A stretch of DNA of 64,000 bases from Trichinella spiralis (Eukaryota): contig NW_003526948.1 of the NCBI RefSeq assembly GCF_000181795.1, positions 2,476,331 through 2,540,330 of the forward strand, in the 5' to 3' direction. The notes beneath the pieces are model-generated. The model had not been told where the DNA came from. It saw only the letters and a list, made by a program, of their open reading frames with translations, and did no database searches. Each line of letters opens with the position of its first letter. Positions within the stretch are counted from its first letter, which is position 1. The position numbers were made by a program, and so were the translations under genes. Shown piece by piece: positions 51,594-64,000 of the stretch.

Positions 51594-54500
51594 CAATACA
51601 TATTTACATATAAATTATTTCATGAACTCTAGAATTAGTACCTTATTATTCGAAAATCGCAACAGGAAATACAGTCAATAACTAGAAAACTAATCTTCGT
51701 TCTTAAAAAATAAAAATATCTGAAAATAGGTCACACCACAATGTCAAAACAATTAAGTGAAAACAAACAGATAATAACCAAGATAAAATACAAAAATTAA
51801 TAACTGTTCATAATAGTCACTTTACTAATATATGTGAAAATTAAAAAATAATTAACAAATTTAACGAAATAAATTCTTAAATAATATACTTTAAAATGTT
51901 CGAATAAAATAATTACTTACGATAAGTATCAAGGAATATCACTGACGATTTCAAATACAAAAAAAAATACTAAGCGTAAGAAGAACGTCAACCACTAAAC
52001 AGTGACCTTAAGGCTAGAAGAAACTTCGAGCACAACTTTTCACAACTTCACGACCAATAAATACTAAATAACTAACGCTAATATATACGGTAAATGAACT
52101 TGCAGGTATGAAGGTTTACTGTAATAGAAATAACAAAAATCTAAATGCTTCATAAACACCAAAAAAATTATTTACTGTGCGAATTTACAATACTTCATTA
52201 ATTATGCGATGTTTTAAAAGTAAATAATAAATAAAAACGTTTTAAAAAGCAGAAAAATTTGTCATATGTATATAGGTGACACTTGCATAAACTGTATGTA
52301 ACTTAACTTTCAGAAAAATAAAACAATATACCTAATAATTTCATGAATATAATACATACTAATTTTACAACAACAAGCAGTCAATTTTCTCATAAGACAA
52401 CTTAACAATGAAAAATAATTAAATAACAGCTTACAATACAATTGAGTCGCCCAAAACCTCACAATAAATTTTGCGAACATTACCCTCATTTAATACGCAA
52501 CATTTAATAATGTAACCTCATGCTATTATTAATAATGAAAACGATTGATAAAGCAGCACTTTTTAGTTGAGAATTTGCGTAATGCCGCTCAGTTACTTTG
52601 AAAATCCTTGCTCTATTATTATAATAATATACATTAATGCGTCGCAATTTTAAATGGATAAAATGGACTGTTATCCTACTAAATTTCTCAAAAATAAAAG
52701 TTGCTTTTCGCAAAATTTCATGAGACTTACGATTCAATACTTCTTTCTGATAACAATAACAGTACAAAAAACTTAACTACAATTAATCCTCCTATCTAAT
52801 ACAACTCAAAATGCTATGAAATGAACTAAACTAAAATAAAATAAATAGAACAATATTTAATATGCTATCAAGTGCTTCAATTTATAAATTTTTGAATTTT
52901 ACAAAAAAAAATTAAAAGGTGGCATTCGATGAACAGTTTCACGAGAAATATGAAAAAGCAACAGCTCATAATTATTTGTGAAAGGCTGCTTTATTCTGAC
53001 GAGTATATTTATGGAAATTTTTATTTTAAAAAGAATAAAGAAGACTTACGTAGCGCAACAAAAAATTTTTTTAACCGTTCAATGAATTATCTTGAATGAG
53101 TCCGCATCTACTATGAAAAACTGCTGCATTACCAAAATGTATACAAGGCTAGTTAATATTCTGTTGATGACTAATGATTTACCGAAAATGTCAATTGCTA
53201 CGGTATATTACAGTACGCTAATAACACCAATTTAAGTTGCCATTTTCTAAAGACGGCATAAAATATTACATTATTGCATCACCGATGTTTCAGAAAAGGT
53301 TTTCATTCATCTTCAGAATTATTAAAAGTTCAAGCAATCCAAATTCAGAATTTTTTTACAATTTGACCAGTTAATTACATAAATAAAACGGTTTTTATTA
53401 CTTTTTTTTCACTTCATTTCCGATACGTTTCAAACCAATAACCTGTTAAAAGTTAACCTCAACCGCCCATTTCATTTACATGTGTATCAATTAATGAATC
53501 TCAAAAGATTTTTTTCATTACATAACAAATTGATAACAAACAAAATATTAGAAATATATGCATATATATATATATATTAAAATGAGCAACACACTCGAGC
53601 AGTATTTTTGTATTCCGTATTTCAAGAGTTGGACGCTAAAAATTGGCATTCAAAAATTCTTCCATTCAGCACCAAGCCGTATTGTACTCACTAATAAAAG
53701 AAGCAATACTTGTTCTTGGTTAATTTCATTGATTTCGTTACTTCGTATCAGATCAACGGACGCACTAATCACTGATAATAGTGGTTATGAGCTAGCTAAT
53801 CGCAACAGCTAATTATATATCCTCGAAAAAGATGAAGCTTGGATGCCGTAAGCAGTGTAGCAACAACGACCACAACAGCATCTAACCTAACAACATTTCG
53901 ATCACTTTTGCTTTTTAAATTTCCAACAATCTTATGCAGTTGTTGCCACGTGTCAGCTCAACGCGAGTGATATGCTAAATGCCATGACTAATTCTGTTGC
54001 GAGCTCTTTCCAAATATACATTCAGCGCAAGTCAGATAACGTCGAAACTATGTGCGGATCAATCTTTCGATGTTCGTTAATGGAACCACATTAATAAACC
54101 CGCCTCGCCTCGCTTCGCATAGCTAGTTCTGTTCCTCTTCATCCCGTTCCCCAGCTTTGTCAATTAGAATAATAAATTGATCGAATGATCTGTTCACATA
54201 GAGCTGAGTATGCTTCACATATGTTATGCTAAGTCATCTTTAACGGAGAAAATAATGTTCGAGCTGATGAATAATCTATAGCAAATTACTTCACAATATA
54301 AGTATATAAAATAATTTGGAAAACTTTCATGTTGGAAAAAATATTTTCCCCAATCAAGTAAAGAGTATTTGAAAAAAGGCGGGAATAATTTAAACAACGA
54401 ACAAAATGCTACCACCAATAAGATCAAACTAACAAACAGTAGGCGGCGCGTCACCGTATGGCAACATCTAGAAACGTACGAAGTTCCTGATGAGCAGAAT

Positions 54501-55458
54501 ACGATACAATTGGTATTGTTGATGTGGACCAAATTCGATCTATTGCAAAGTGCGGGGGGGGGACGTTATTTTTTTCCATTTATATTTTCCTCTTGAAATT
54601 CTACGCTGGATAATTATTCCATTTCACGTTAACATCTTAACATTCTGTCTTTTTAACTGTATTCATTTTGCCCCTGCTAAATCTAAAAATGTCTTAACCG
54701 AAGAAAGACCACAAAAGCAAAAGAGCATGAAAAAATTAAGCAATAAATGAACAGAAAATTCCATTTATTCAAATGTATCAGAAACGTATAACATTGTTCT
54801 TAAAACAAATATTCATTGACAAATTGAATATTCATTTATTTTAATAATACTATTATATTATATTAAATAACTTATAACATAGTCTAATTTGTTAATTATT
54901 AAATCATCAGAACAAATGTTGCGCTTTTCACAAGCGAAAATTCAATTTTGTACCAGCAGTTTACAATCAAAGTTATATCTATCTATGTTTGAACCAAAAA
55001 AGCGCATGCAAAGCAAAGAAAATTGCAGCACAAAAAGCATTTCAAACACGTTAATGGAATTTTAAATACCACCTTAAACATAACCAATGCAACAAAAATT
55101 TTATTTTGTATACAATTTTGTAAATTGTATTCTCCAAAATCATTTCATTTCACCAATAAGTTTTTAACATTCTGCATTGCTAGTCATTTAATAGTAAAAT
55201 GTTCCGTGTATTCTGAAGTAAAAAATTTTCTTCACTTTCAGAATAAAAATGTAAAACTTGATATGACAATGATTTATAAAAAATTAAATAAGTGTTGATA
55301 TTAGCACGAATGCAGAGCACGTGAATTAATAACCAACACCTCCAAATGCAAGCAGGCATAATGTGACAAGCAGTTTCTAAAGCAAACACCCACCGATTCC
55401 AGAAAATAAAACTTACGGTTGTAATTGAATATTTGTTATTGCTATTTCTCAGTATTAA

Positions 55459-55811
55459 ATGATAACTCCATCGGTCAAAGGGTCAAGCTCAGCTGCCACT
55501 GGTGTGGCTGGACTAACTTGCACAGTTGCATGCAAGAATCGTCAGCTGCCCGAAACAAACGCTGATCAGAAGGATGACAACAAAACAGCGGTTGCCGCTG
55601 AGCGAAAATCAAATATCCACCGCCGGAACATACCCAGCAGTACGATGGGCCGCCGACAGAATTGAATCTCGGTTTCGGTTATGTGAACTGGGTTTCTGGC
55701 TTGACCGATGAAGCTCTAGAACGGTGCCAACATCCCAAACAAATATATGAGCCTGCAGAAGAGATCATCACGCTCTGCTCTACTCAACCGATAACAGTTC
55801 TCCATAACTAA
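55459..55811 (+). pseudogene. Orphan ORF split by an apparent frameshift (pseudogene, consensus error or weak intron)
   Basis: Acceptor TTTCTCAG 6 nt before ATG 55459. Frame 1 reads MITPSVKG...KTAVAAE. A different frame from ~55602 reads AKIKYPPPEHTQQYDGPPTELNLGFGYVNWVSGLTDEALERCQHPKQIYEPAEEIITLCSTQPITVLHN* (TAA 55809-55811). Both lie in one GC-richer block. Confidence 0.4.
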
Positions 55812-58122
55812 CTTGTGACACCTAATTTTTCCAGTTCTGCATTCAATTTCATCAGAACAAACTTTCCAAATCGGTCACGCAAGCATTCGTATTTACAGTC
55901 GACTGTAGTATATATTTGCAATAATGATCTTCAAGTGTAAATTAAAAATTCACAAACTTAACGGCACTGCTATTGTCACTTTTACCACATTTCAGTTTAC
56001 GGATTAGCAAACTTGTCCATGAAAGTAGCGGAGATTTTTATTTTAAAAAGTGTGCTTTTTTAATTCGTTGTTGTTGTTTTCTCAAATAAATACATGTAAT
56101 ACTCTTTTAACGGGCACTGACATTCGCTCTCCATTCATGCGTAGCAAAACTTAACCGCATATGAATGTTATTACGGTTGCCCCATGCGGTACAGCTAATA
56201 ACAATCCAGACAAGAGGCCCGAAAAGCAAGCCGGACACCGGAGACAAACACGAGATGAGTTACCATCCTACCGTAGTAGAACATCGAAGTCATATGTAAC
56301 ATGTAAAATGATGAAATAGAAAGTAATTGGGAATAACTGGAAAGAAAGTAATAAGTAATTGAATAAAATGAATAAAAAGGATGGTTAAATTTTCAATGTA
56401 CCGTAATCAAGTTGATTACTTAATTGGATTCAATATTTTAAACCAAACCGTTTGACAGATATATTTCAAAAGCTATAATTAACAAATATATAAAATTTAC
56501 TGCCAAAGTGAATTACAGTATAAATTGAAATAAACGGCATATAAATTTAAAAACGATTACTGATAATAATTTAACTTGATTATCAGTTGATACAGTACTC
56601 AATATTATTCGTTTTAAAAATATTATTTCTAAGGCTAGATTAATCTGTACTAAAGCAGATTAACTAGCCTAGACATATCATATTGTGACTGCCCAACGCG
56701 TATTCTGACAATGCGTGATCTGACAACTTCAATATTGACGTTGTACTCTCGTGATTGTAAATTTTTTTCAGTATATATTGCATAAAATAATTTTATATTC
56801 ATTGTAATTTTAACTGAATCAAGTATTACATTAAAATAAGTCATTTAATATTTTTCTCTTTTGTACAAATTATCAACAGGTGACATGAACATGGAGAAGC
56901 TCTGCATTCATGATTAATAATTTATAGAATAAGATAATAATAATTCAGAATGAAAATGCAAAATCTAAAAAAGAATTATAAAATCAATATACAGAAAACT
57001 GATAAAAAAGAAGAAACTCTTATATGACGAATTACAGTTTGATTTAAAAGAAAATTTTTTTCTTGTCAGCACTCTGTTGACAGTAATCAGAATTGACCAT
57101 GAAACAAAAATTTCAAAAAGTTCAGAAAAAAATGTGCATAAAATTTGTAAGTTAGGGAAGAAAAACAAATAAAGGTATGTTATTTTAAAATGAAAAGGTT
57201 TTTTCTTTCAGAGATATTCAGCCAAAACTGATTATCCGATTTGTTAATTCATTTTTTTGTTTGAGGTCGAGATGTTTAGTTAATACGATACTGAACTGCA
57301 ATTAAATTAAGGAAAATTTTTGGAAAATCTTTTAAAATGCTTACTAATCAGCGAGGTTGGTTTAAAAATGGTTTCATGATAAAAAGTTTGCATTATGTTC
57401 AGTGGAAGAAATGTCAGCTTAATAAGAAAAATATGTTTATGCAAACAATCCCAACAAGGAGGAATCCATATCAGATAAAAATATCATTCGGTGCACTAAA
57501 TAACTTTGTTAATTTGTTGTTTATTTAATAAGTGATACCCACTGGAAATATTTAAGCTGTTTCAGAATTTTTTTTAAATTAAACGTTACGTTTACTTCAT
57601 TATGCTTGAAATATTTGCCAAATTATTTGCTATCAGCAATGCAGCCAGAATTTAAATATGATGAGTAAATAAACATAATTTATTCAATAGTTTTGTGTTT
57701 CAGATTCATTTCTACTAAAAGCACAAATTATTTTTAATTTTCTTTTAAAATAATCTTCACAATTTTGACATAGAAATTGATGTTTAGGTAACATTACTCT
57801 TTCCCATTAAGCAATCCTTAATGCAATTTTCTTGGAAAGTTGATTACTATATTGAATTGATTGATTAAATTTTCAGAATTGATTACTTTAAAATTTTGTT
57901 CTTTAAAATAAATCACTATATTAAAACGCACAGCAACTGAGTGCTTTAAACAATATCAAATTGTTTAAACTTACTGAGCTTGATATTAGCAGCAATTCAA
58001 ATCTCAAAATCAGTTTGATCTGGTTTCTCCCAGCGACAAGTAGTATCTGTAAACTTCTCAAAGTAAGTAAATAATCCAGTGATCATTTTTACAAGAGATA
58101 AAATTATTATTCTCTTTCAGAA

Positions 58123-58638
58123 ATGGATATACTTTATACTTTAAATGCGCCTGATTCATTGTCAGCCCAAATTTTTGCTGTGGTGATTGCTTTGGCAGGA
58201 ACGGTTGGTTTGCTGTTAATTTGTTCGTGGTGTGGTAACAAGAATGAAAGCAAAGACAAAAATCCACCCCCTCCAGAGATGCTACAAACTGAGACTGATT
58301 GTTCGCGAACCTATTCCGCAACATACGCAACATACGTGTATACGCAGCAACAATCTATTCCAACGTTAGCGGCTCCGCAATGCCATATTACGGTGTCCAT
58401 GCCACCACCGGTATCTCCACCACCGATGGAATCTCCTGCATCGGATGCATTATCAGTTGTGACTGAAACTTTATCGCCTGAAGCAACCTCAGCTCCTGCA
58501 ACTGTTAACAAAGTTGATCTTGAGATGCAAAGTTGGGCCCAGGGCGAGTCCGCGTTGGACACAATGGCTAATGTCCCATCCATTACCCGCAGTTATGCAG
58601 AACGACTTCAAAATAGCTTAAATAAGAATTTTTTCTAG
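58123..58638 (+). CDS. Uncharacterised 171-aa single-pass membrane protein with Pro/Ser/Thr-rich cytoplasmic tail
   Basis: GC-richer ORF in AT-rich flanks. Strong acceptor TCTCTTTCAG lies 2 nt before the ATG. Hydrophobic segment IFAVVIALAGTVGLLLIC is followed by SWCG and a charged stretch, then PPPP/SPPP tracts. Confidence 0.75.
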   Translation: MDILYTLNAPDSLSAQIFAVVIALAGTVGLLLICSWCGNKNESKDKNPPPPEMLQTETDCSRTYSATYATYVYTQQQSIPTLAAPQCHITVSMPPPVSPPPMESPASDALSVVTETLSPEATSAPATVNKVDLEMQSWAQGESALDTMANVPSITRSYAERLQNSLNKNFF

Positions 58639-60439
58639 CTGCTTCGCTTTTTCCTCTACTCACTAGACATTTATTGTCAATTATTTCATCACTTTCATTA
58701 ACAATGAACTTCATTTCATTTCTGATGTATAAGCTTTAAGAATTATTTAACTAATTATTTTTACAAGTAAAATTGAAGTCATTTTTCTTCATGCTTCACT
58801 GCAATGATATATTTCACCATGAATTCTATAATGTAGAAAATGACTTTTGCCCGTATGTGAATGTTGTGGTCATTTCTTTGAAAAATTTTGTGATTTTCCC
58901 TTTATAATAATCACATCCCAGAGGATCTTATGCTTTTATAATAATCATCAAGATAAAAGCAAATTTACGATTGCTCAGATAGAACTGATGAAATTTATTA
59001 TTAAAGAAGAGACATTAAAGTCGTATATTGTGAGATTCACATTGTTATAATGTTTTCCGCCCCCTAAAAACATAGCACCATTTCAGAGAGATTTAGCAAT
59101 GTCTGTCACATATTACCAATTTTGCTCAATTTTTACATAATATGCACTTCAGCAAAATATGCCTGATGCATGAATTAGCGGTTTGTACTTTTGAGGCGAG
59201 AGTTCAGCATGAAAGCATCGTTCATTCTTTATTATCTTAAATATCAGTCATCCCTATAATCTACTGTACAAAGAAGAATAAAAAATAACGCTCATCAACG
59301 ATGCCTCTATTTATTTCTGGAAGTGAATGAATAAAATTTTAGTGTGTGGAGGAGCCAACCTGACTACCAACAAATAGATTAATACCTGCACATCAGCACA
59401 CATTGCTGCTATAGAATTGAGATCATAAACTCCGAAATCGGGAAGTGTCTGTACTAACTGACACCATACTGTCGGTCACGCACATGTACTTGCAGATCAT
59501 AAAAGCTTACATGATAACAAGTAATAATACAATAAGTTGTTATCGTCTAACGTTTCTACATTTCAGTTTCTTCTTCAAAATGTTTCGCTTCACCAATATT
59601 GCAATTATTAAATGAAAATCAACGGATTCACCAAATGCCTTCAATATCACCGTCTTCGCAAAAGAATTCCAATTCGCCTTCCCGATTAGAAACTTGCTTC
59701 AACTGTTAAAGAGTTCAAAAGAAATCATCTGCTCTGTTTCACTGCTAGATTGTAATTTACGTTAAACATCAAACGTGAAAACATACCTTCCATCATTAAA
59801 ATTCATGTTCATAATAATATATAATCATATTTACGATTACGAAACACATCATACAAAAATATGATGTGCAAAATTTACTTTTTTATACAATTCAAATCAG
59901 CAGATGATTACTTTTCCAACGTACACAGCACAATATACCTTTGATTAAATTCACAAGCACTGGTAACAAAAAACAGATTGAAAATAAACTGAAAAATAAA
60001 AACTTCAAAGAAAATCATACAAACATCAGAATGGTCAATCAACAATGAAAACTCAGAATCAAACGACAGCACTTACGGCAAAACAATGAAACATGAAAAT
60101 ACAATTATGCATTATTCACCAACTGGTAATCACAAAAACGGTAAATAACCCTATTAGAGAATATACATACACAATGCAAATCAAGAAGAACACTGCTGCT
60201 AACGCATCATGTAATTTCGCATACGGATAAATAAAATGAAAATAAAACATTAAAATTGTACACTGATTTAAAATCAACAACTTGTCCTCTTCATTGCTCG
60301 TGGAAAGATTTGAGGCAACACTTTTCTTCAACTGAACCAGCATCCACTGCCACATTACTGGATCACTCGTAATTAAAAACAGAACATTATCCAATCATGA
60401 GGCACATCTGAACCGCTAATACACTGCTAGTTGTACACT

Positions 60440-62660
60440 GGGCCAATATCATCTGCTACAATGCTTTGGACGAAATGTTTATGGATCTATTGAGTATGCA
60501 ATTTTACAGAAATTCCAGGTGGAACACCCGGTACAGTAAATACAGAGCATGTTGTACATTTCGTTCGTGCCTTCTGTACGGACCTCCGCTTCTACTGTTC
60601 TTCGACCATGGAGTCGTGCCGTTATACACACAATTGCCATTATTCGAAAGTCCAGTCGAACTGCACTAATTTTCTGAAATACCCTGTACTGTTAATACAG
60701 GCCATGTTGCTCATTCCGGGGCTGGTTTCCGCAAGGGCGTCTTCTTCAACAGCTCCTCGATAAGTACGTAACTGTGTTTTAAGCGCTTTTCATGAAACGC
60801 GCCCCATGCCGTTACCGTTAATACAGAGCATGCAGTACAGTCAGCTCTTGCCTTCTGGGCTCACAGTTTTATCATCGTAGATTCTGGCCGCATTGCGCTA
60901 TTTTCAGAAGTCATGCAAAGTACTGCTAATGCAGCGTACGCTGCACATTCCGTGGCTGTTTTCCGCAAGAGCGGCTTCTGCAAAAGTTCTTCAATCATGC
61001 AGTAGTCCAGTTGTCTGGTGAATTTGGGAAACAGGTCGCGTGCCGTCGATGCACATTATGCGTAGTCTACCTTGCTTTCTGCAATGGCCTCGGGTTATAC
61101 GGTTCTTCTATCCTGTATTCTCGCCGTTCAGATGTAGATGAATGTTCTCGTACTTCACCAGTCTTCCTATGGATGCCTTCGCCTCAGAGTGTGCTGTTGG
61201 AGTTTTCTGATGTATACCATAACGTGACGTTGCTTTATATCATTCACTCAGCCATAAATCAATTTGCATATCTTCAATCGGCTAAAATATACCACATCCT
61301 ACTGGAGTCTGTCTTTGCGTCTTTCCCCAGCTTAAAAATACGCTGCACCAATTCGAAAGAAACATGCTCGGGTCTGGATAATTTCTTGCTCAATTTACGC
61401 TTGCTTCTTTGACAAAGCAGCCATACTCTTGCACCGGCGATGAATATAGCTCCTACGGCTGTTCATTCGTAATACCGTCTCCCTCGAATGCTTCGCCGGT
61501 TTGGTCCATTCTTACCAGTGCAAGCGCCGCTCCCGTGTCGACAACGATCTTTGTAACAATATTGTTGATTTTACTTTTGAACGCTGTTATCCCAGTATTA
61601 TGCAGTAGTCGTTGGGTCTTTCGCTCATCCTTGAGGTCCTGAACCTCAGAACCAAAGTTTCTCAGTTAAGCGGCTCTACATCCTTCACGTAAATTCAGGT
61701 AGGATGCTGACCTTTACCACTTATGAAGTAATATCGGCTCTGAGTCCGTTCTTCATCCTACCTGCTCAGCGGTCTTCTGTCGTTCTTTCTTCGACCGCTC
61801 TCCTGGATGCATAAACGGCGTTGAATCTGTTTTCATGTTGAGACTGCTTTCGCCTATGGCTCTGTCATTTCATCAGGTCTTTCATCAGAGTAGCTCTTCA
61901 GTAGATGCCTGCTTGCAATTACTTATGAAGAGGTTCTGATAAGAAGTTTAGCTGTATTGCGCAGGAAGTATGAATCAATTTCCAAAGCTTCGCATACTAC
62001 GAATTTCAGATTCTTCGCATTCTTCAACCATACGAAGATGACCTGCTCCGGCATATGCAACATGTCTGAGAACTTTTCCAATCCAATCACTTCATTCGCG
62101 TCTTCCTGAACTGAAATGTATGCTTTGTCCACCGGTCGCCGAACAGCTCTCCTCATGGCTGATCGCGTCTAATTAGGATGATGCTGGTAACATTCCAGCA
62201 GACGGCCGTTATCTGAAGCGGATTAAACCGGTCTTTCAATGCAAATAAACAAAGTGAGAAGGATTAGCCGGTTCCAGGCAATAGCTGATAGAATGTACTG
62301 CGGGTTCACTGGTTCAAGAAATGAGTTAGCCACTTCAGCATCTCAGTACAGCTTTACCAATTAACGGAGACTGCATCGCTGAACTGTCGATTCCATCTTC
62401 CTAGCAACCAGCAACATCGAAGTGATCACAAAGAGGAATCGTATTCTTTGGACTATCGTTATGTAAGGAGCCCACCGACATAGCTTCCGGTTTGTTCGCG
62501 TCCATCTTCGTCGGCAATGCAACACGAAAAACTACAGAAACACATCTCTTATCACAAGAACAAAAGCCAAGTTAAGACAAACAACCATACGCGCGAACAA
62601 ACTACTAGCTATTCAGAATCAGCTAGTCATCAACATTACCGTATCCCACCGTATGATGTA
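60440..62660 (-). mobile_element. Degenerate Ty3/gypsy-like LTR retrotransposon remnant (gag + aspartic protease), boundaries approximate
   Basis: Retropepsin active-site motif IVTKIVVDTGAALALV (DTGA at 61539-61528). Upstream gag-like segment RRPVDKAY...EVIGLEKFSDMLHMPEQVIFVWLKNAKNLKFVVCEALEIDSY (track ORF 61923..62156). Many stops and frameshifts, and a GC-richer block. No RT, integrase or paired LTRs recognised. Confidence 0.75.
60527..61000. repeat. Degenerate ABAB dispersed repeat within the retroelement remnant
   Basis: A units (~60527, ~60809) share AATACAGAGCATG..GTACA..TGCCTTCTG. B units (~60681, ~60918) share GTACTG.TAAT.CAG..CATTCCG.GGCTG.TTTCCGCAAG.GCG.CTTCT. Confidence 0.8.
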
Positions 62661-63830
62661 AGATGAAAATTAAGTTGTCTAAAGTAATTTGCTTTACTTT
62701 TGCGAAATTACTAATAAAACACTGTAATATGTCATGGCGGTTTTGTTAAATTAAATTTTTTAATTTCTTTACTTAATGGGAATGCGTTGAAGTTTTGTGT
62801 CAAATTTATTCATGTATGCTCGAGAATATGAAAACACTTTTGACAAATAGTTTAAATTTGCCGTGCGATTTATAATTTCATGAAATTTTATTTGTATCTT
62901 GAAATTATATCCATTCAGCATTATCATATAATATTCAAGTGAAACAAGCGCTCATGAATTAGAAACTTATTGCTAATCCTTAATTTCTGTGAAATAATTG
63001 TGGAAATGAATTTTTATTTGGTTTCGCTTATTCATTATGCCCCAATTCATGTTTTATCATGTGTTTTGTGAAAAATGCTAATTTCGCTGATGTTTTACAG
63101 TACTCCGCTATATTCTTTATGAATTTTAAGTATCCTTTTGCGTTAATCAGTGCTAAATATCAAACAATTTAGTTAGAATCTTGATCAGTTGATACTAATA
63201 CGCTGTGGCTACGGAAGCTCAGGGAAAATTATTTTAATGATGAATTTCCATCTGAAATTTCTCAGCATGACTTGCATTTCATTTTACTGTATTGAAGTTT
63301 TTTTAATCAAAGTTTCATATTAAAATGAAAATTACATTGGAAAATCAATTTATTTCCTATACTGAAAAACTTTTACAAATGCCCTTTCTTATTATTTTTT
63401 CATTTCGAGACATTTTTGAGAAATTTACAATACTGTAATTTATTATGAAAAAGAAAATACTTTTAGTAATGAATAAATTAAAAAAAAAACGTAACAAAAT
63501 TTTCAAGCGTTTTTCGAAATTTTGACCTTCAACAACTTTTTCTTTCAAGCGAGTGAATTTCACAACATGCAAAGTTGTTTTTGAAAATTGCAAAAAATTC
63601 TTCGAGAAAAAGTCATTTGTAATCGACGTAATGGATATTTGAAATTGATTTCATCTTTCATTATAGTGTGGTTTTGTTTGATCAGAAAAGAAGGAAACAT
63701 GTTACGGTTGATTGATTTTCATACGTATTAAGATGTTGTTGGTGTTGGATATAATCCTCAAAAGCGAGTCATCATTAAAATGTTTACTTCATCATTTTTA
63801 AAAAAGTTTAGTCTAGTTTTCTCAAAGAAT

Positions 63831-64000
63831 TCATTCCTTAATTGTAATGTTCGCCGCAGCATAAATCTTCGCCAAAGTTCGAATGCGATCGTCGTAAGCA
63901 GCACGATTGTCTTTGTACAACTTGTACGCTTCCGCATTCGCTGGACTGCGGATATTTGGCTCGGCGAGCAACGTCTGAACGGATACTAAAATATCCTTTA
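63831..64000 (-). CDS. 3' end of a ubiquitin/SUMO-conjugating enzyme E2 (UBC fold), truncated by the window edge
   Basis: Minus-strand frame from 63998: KDILVSVQTLLAEPNIRSPANAEAYKLYKDNRAAYDDRIRTLAKIYAAANITIKE*. This matches the E2 C-terminal consensus (IL..IQ.LL.EPN..SPAN.EA..LY..NR..Y..R.R..A..YA). Absent from the ORF track because it has no start codon inside the window. Confidence 0.9.
   Translation of the reverse strand, partial: KDILVSVQTLLAEPNIRSPANAEAYKLYKDNRAAYDDRIRTLAKIYAAANITIKE

Noticed and set aside
51420..51632. 70-aa ORF with a duplicated peptide
   Set aside because: By-product of the 99-bp tandem duplication; TTG start and no coding support.
59936..59960. TACCTTTGATTAAATTCACAAG as a spliced-leader exon
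   Set aside because: Not followed by a GT donor or Sm site; better explained as the reverse complement of a splice donor.
60527..61000. Repeat-spacer-like pattern as a CRISPR array
   Set aside because: Eukaryotic context, only four highly degenerate units of irregular spacing, and no cas genes.
62630..62665. Possible primer-binding site or LTR edge (GGTGGGATAC on the minus strand)
   Set aside because: Only a partial resemblance, and I could not find a matching second LTR or target-site duplication.
63505..63612. Imperfect inverted repeat (AACAACTTT...AAAGTTGTT)
   Set aside because: Short, AT-rich and gapped; expected by chance in this composition.

Overview
AT-rich, microsatellite-rich eukaryotic genomic DNA with short (~50-100 nt) GT-AG introns and TTTCAG-type acceptors. 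It is most consistent with a nematode, and composition suggests a Trichinella-like clade I species (inference, not shown). It is not prokaryotic: I saw no CRISPR array, rRNA or tRNA. About 1-36.7 kb is essentially non-coding, with scattered GC-richer motif islands, and may be giant introns or the regulatory domain of a minus-strand gene starting near 36.8-37.8 kb. The main gene is a 21-exon CCR4-NOT scaffold CNOT1 (let-711/ntl-1) on the minus strand, 40975-50790, about 2494 aa by my manual splicing. It has large polyQ/H/A/P insertions, a 3.7 kb intronless last exon and an unresolved, possibly truncated N-terminus. Also present: a small spliced acidic orphan gene downstream of CNOT1; a 99-bp tandem duplication; a frameshifted orphan ORF; a single-pass membrane protein gene; a decayed Ty3/gypsy gag-protease remnant followed by an ABAB repeat; and the 3' end of a ubiquitin/SUMO-conjugating E2 gene at the right edge that the ORF track missed. 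I found no convincing new multi-gene system. The findings are gene-architecture oddities and candidate regulatory or orphan elements.
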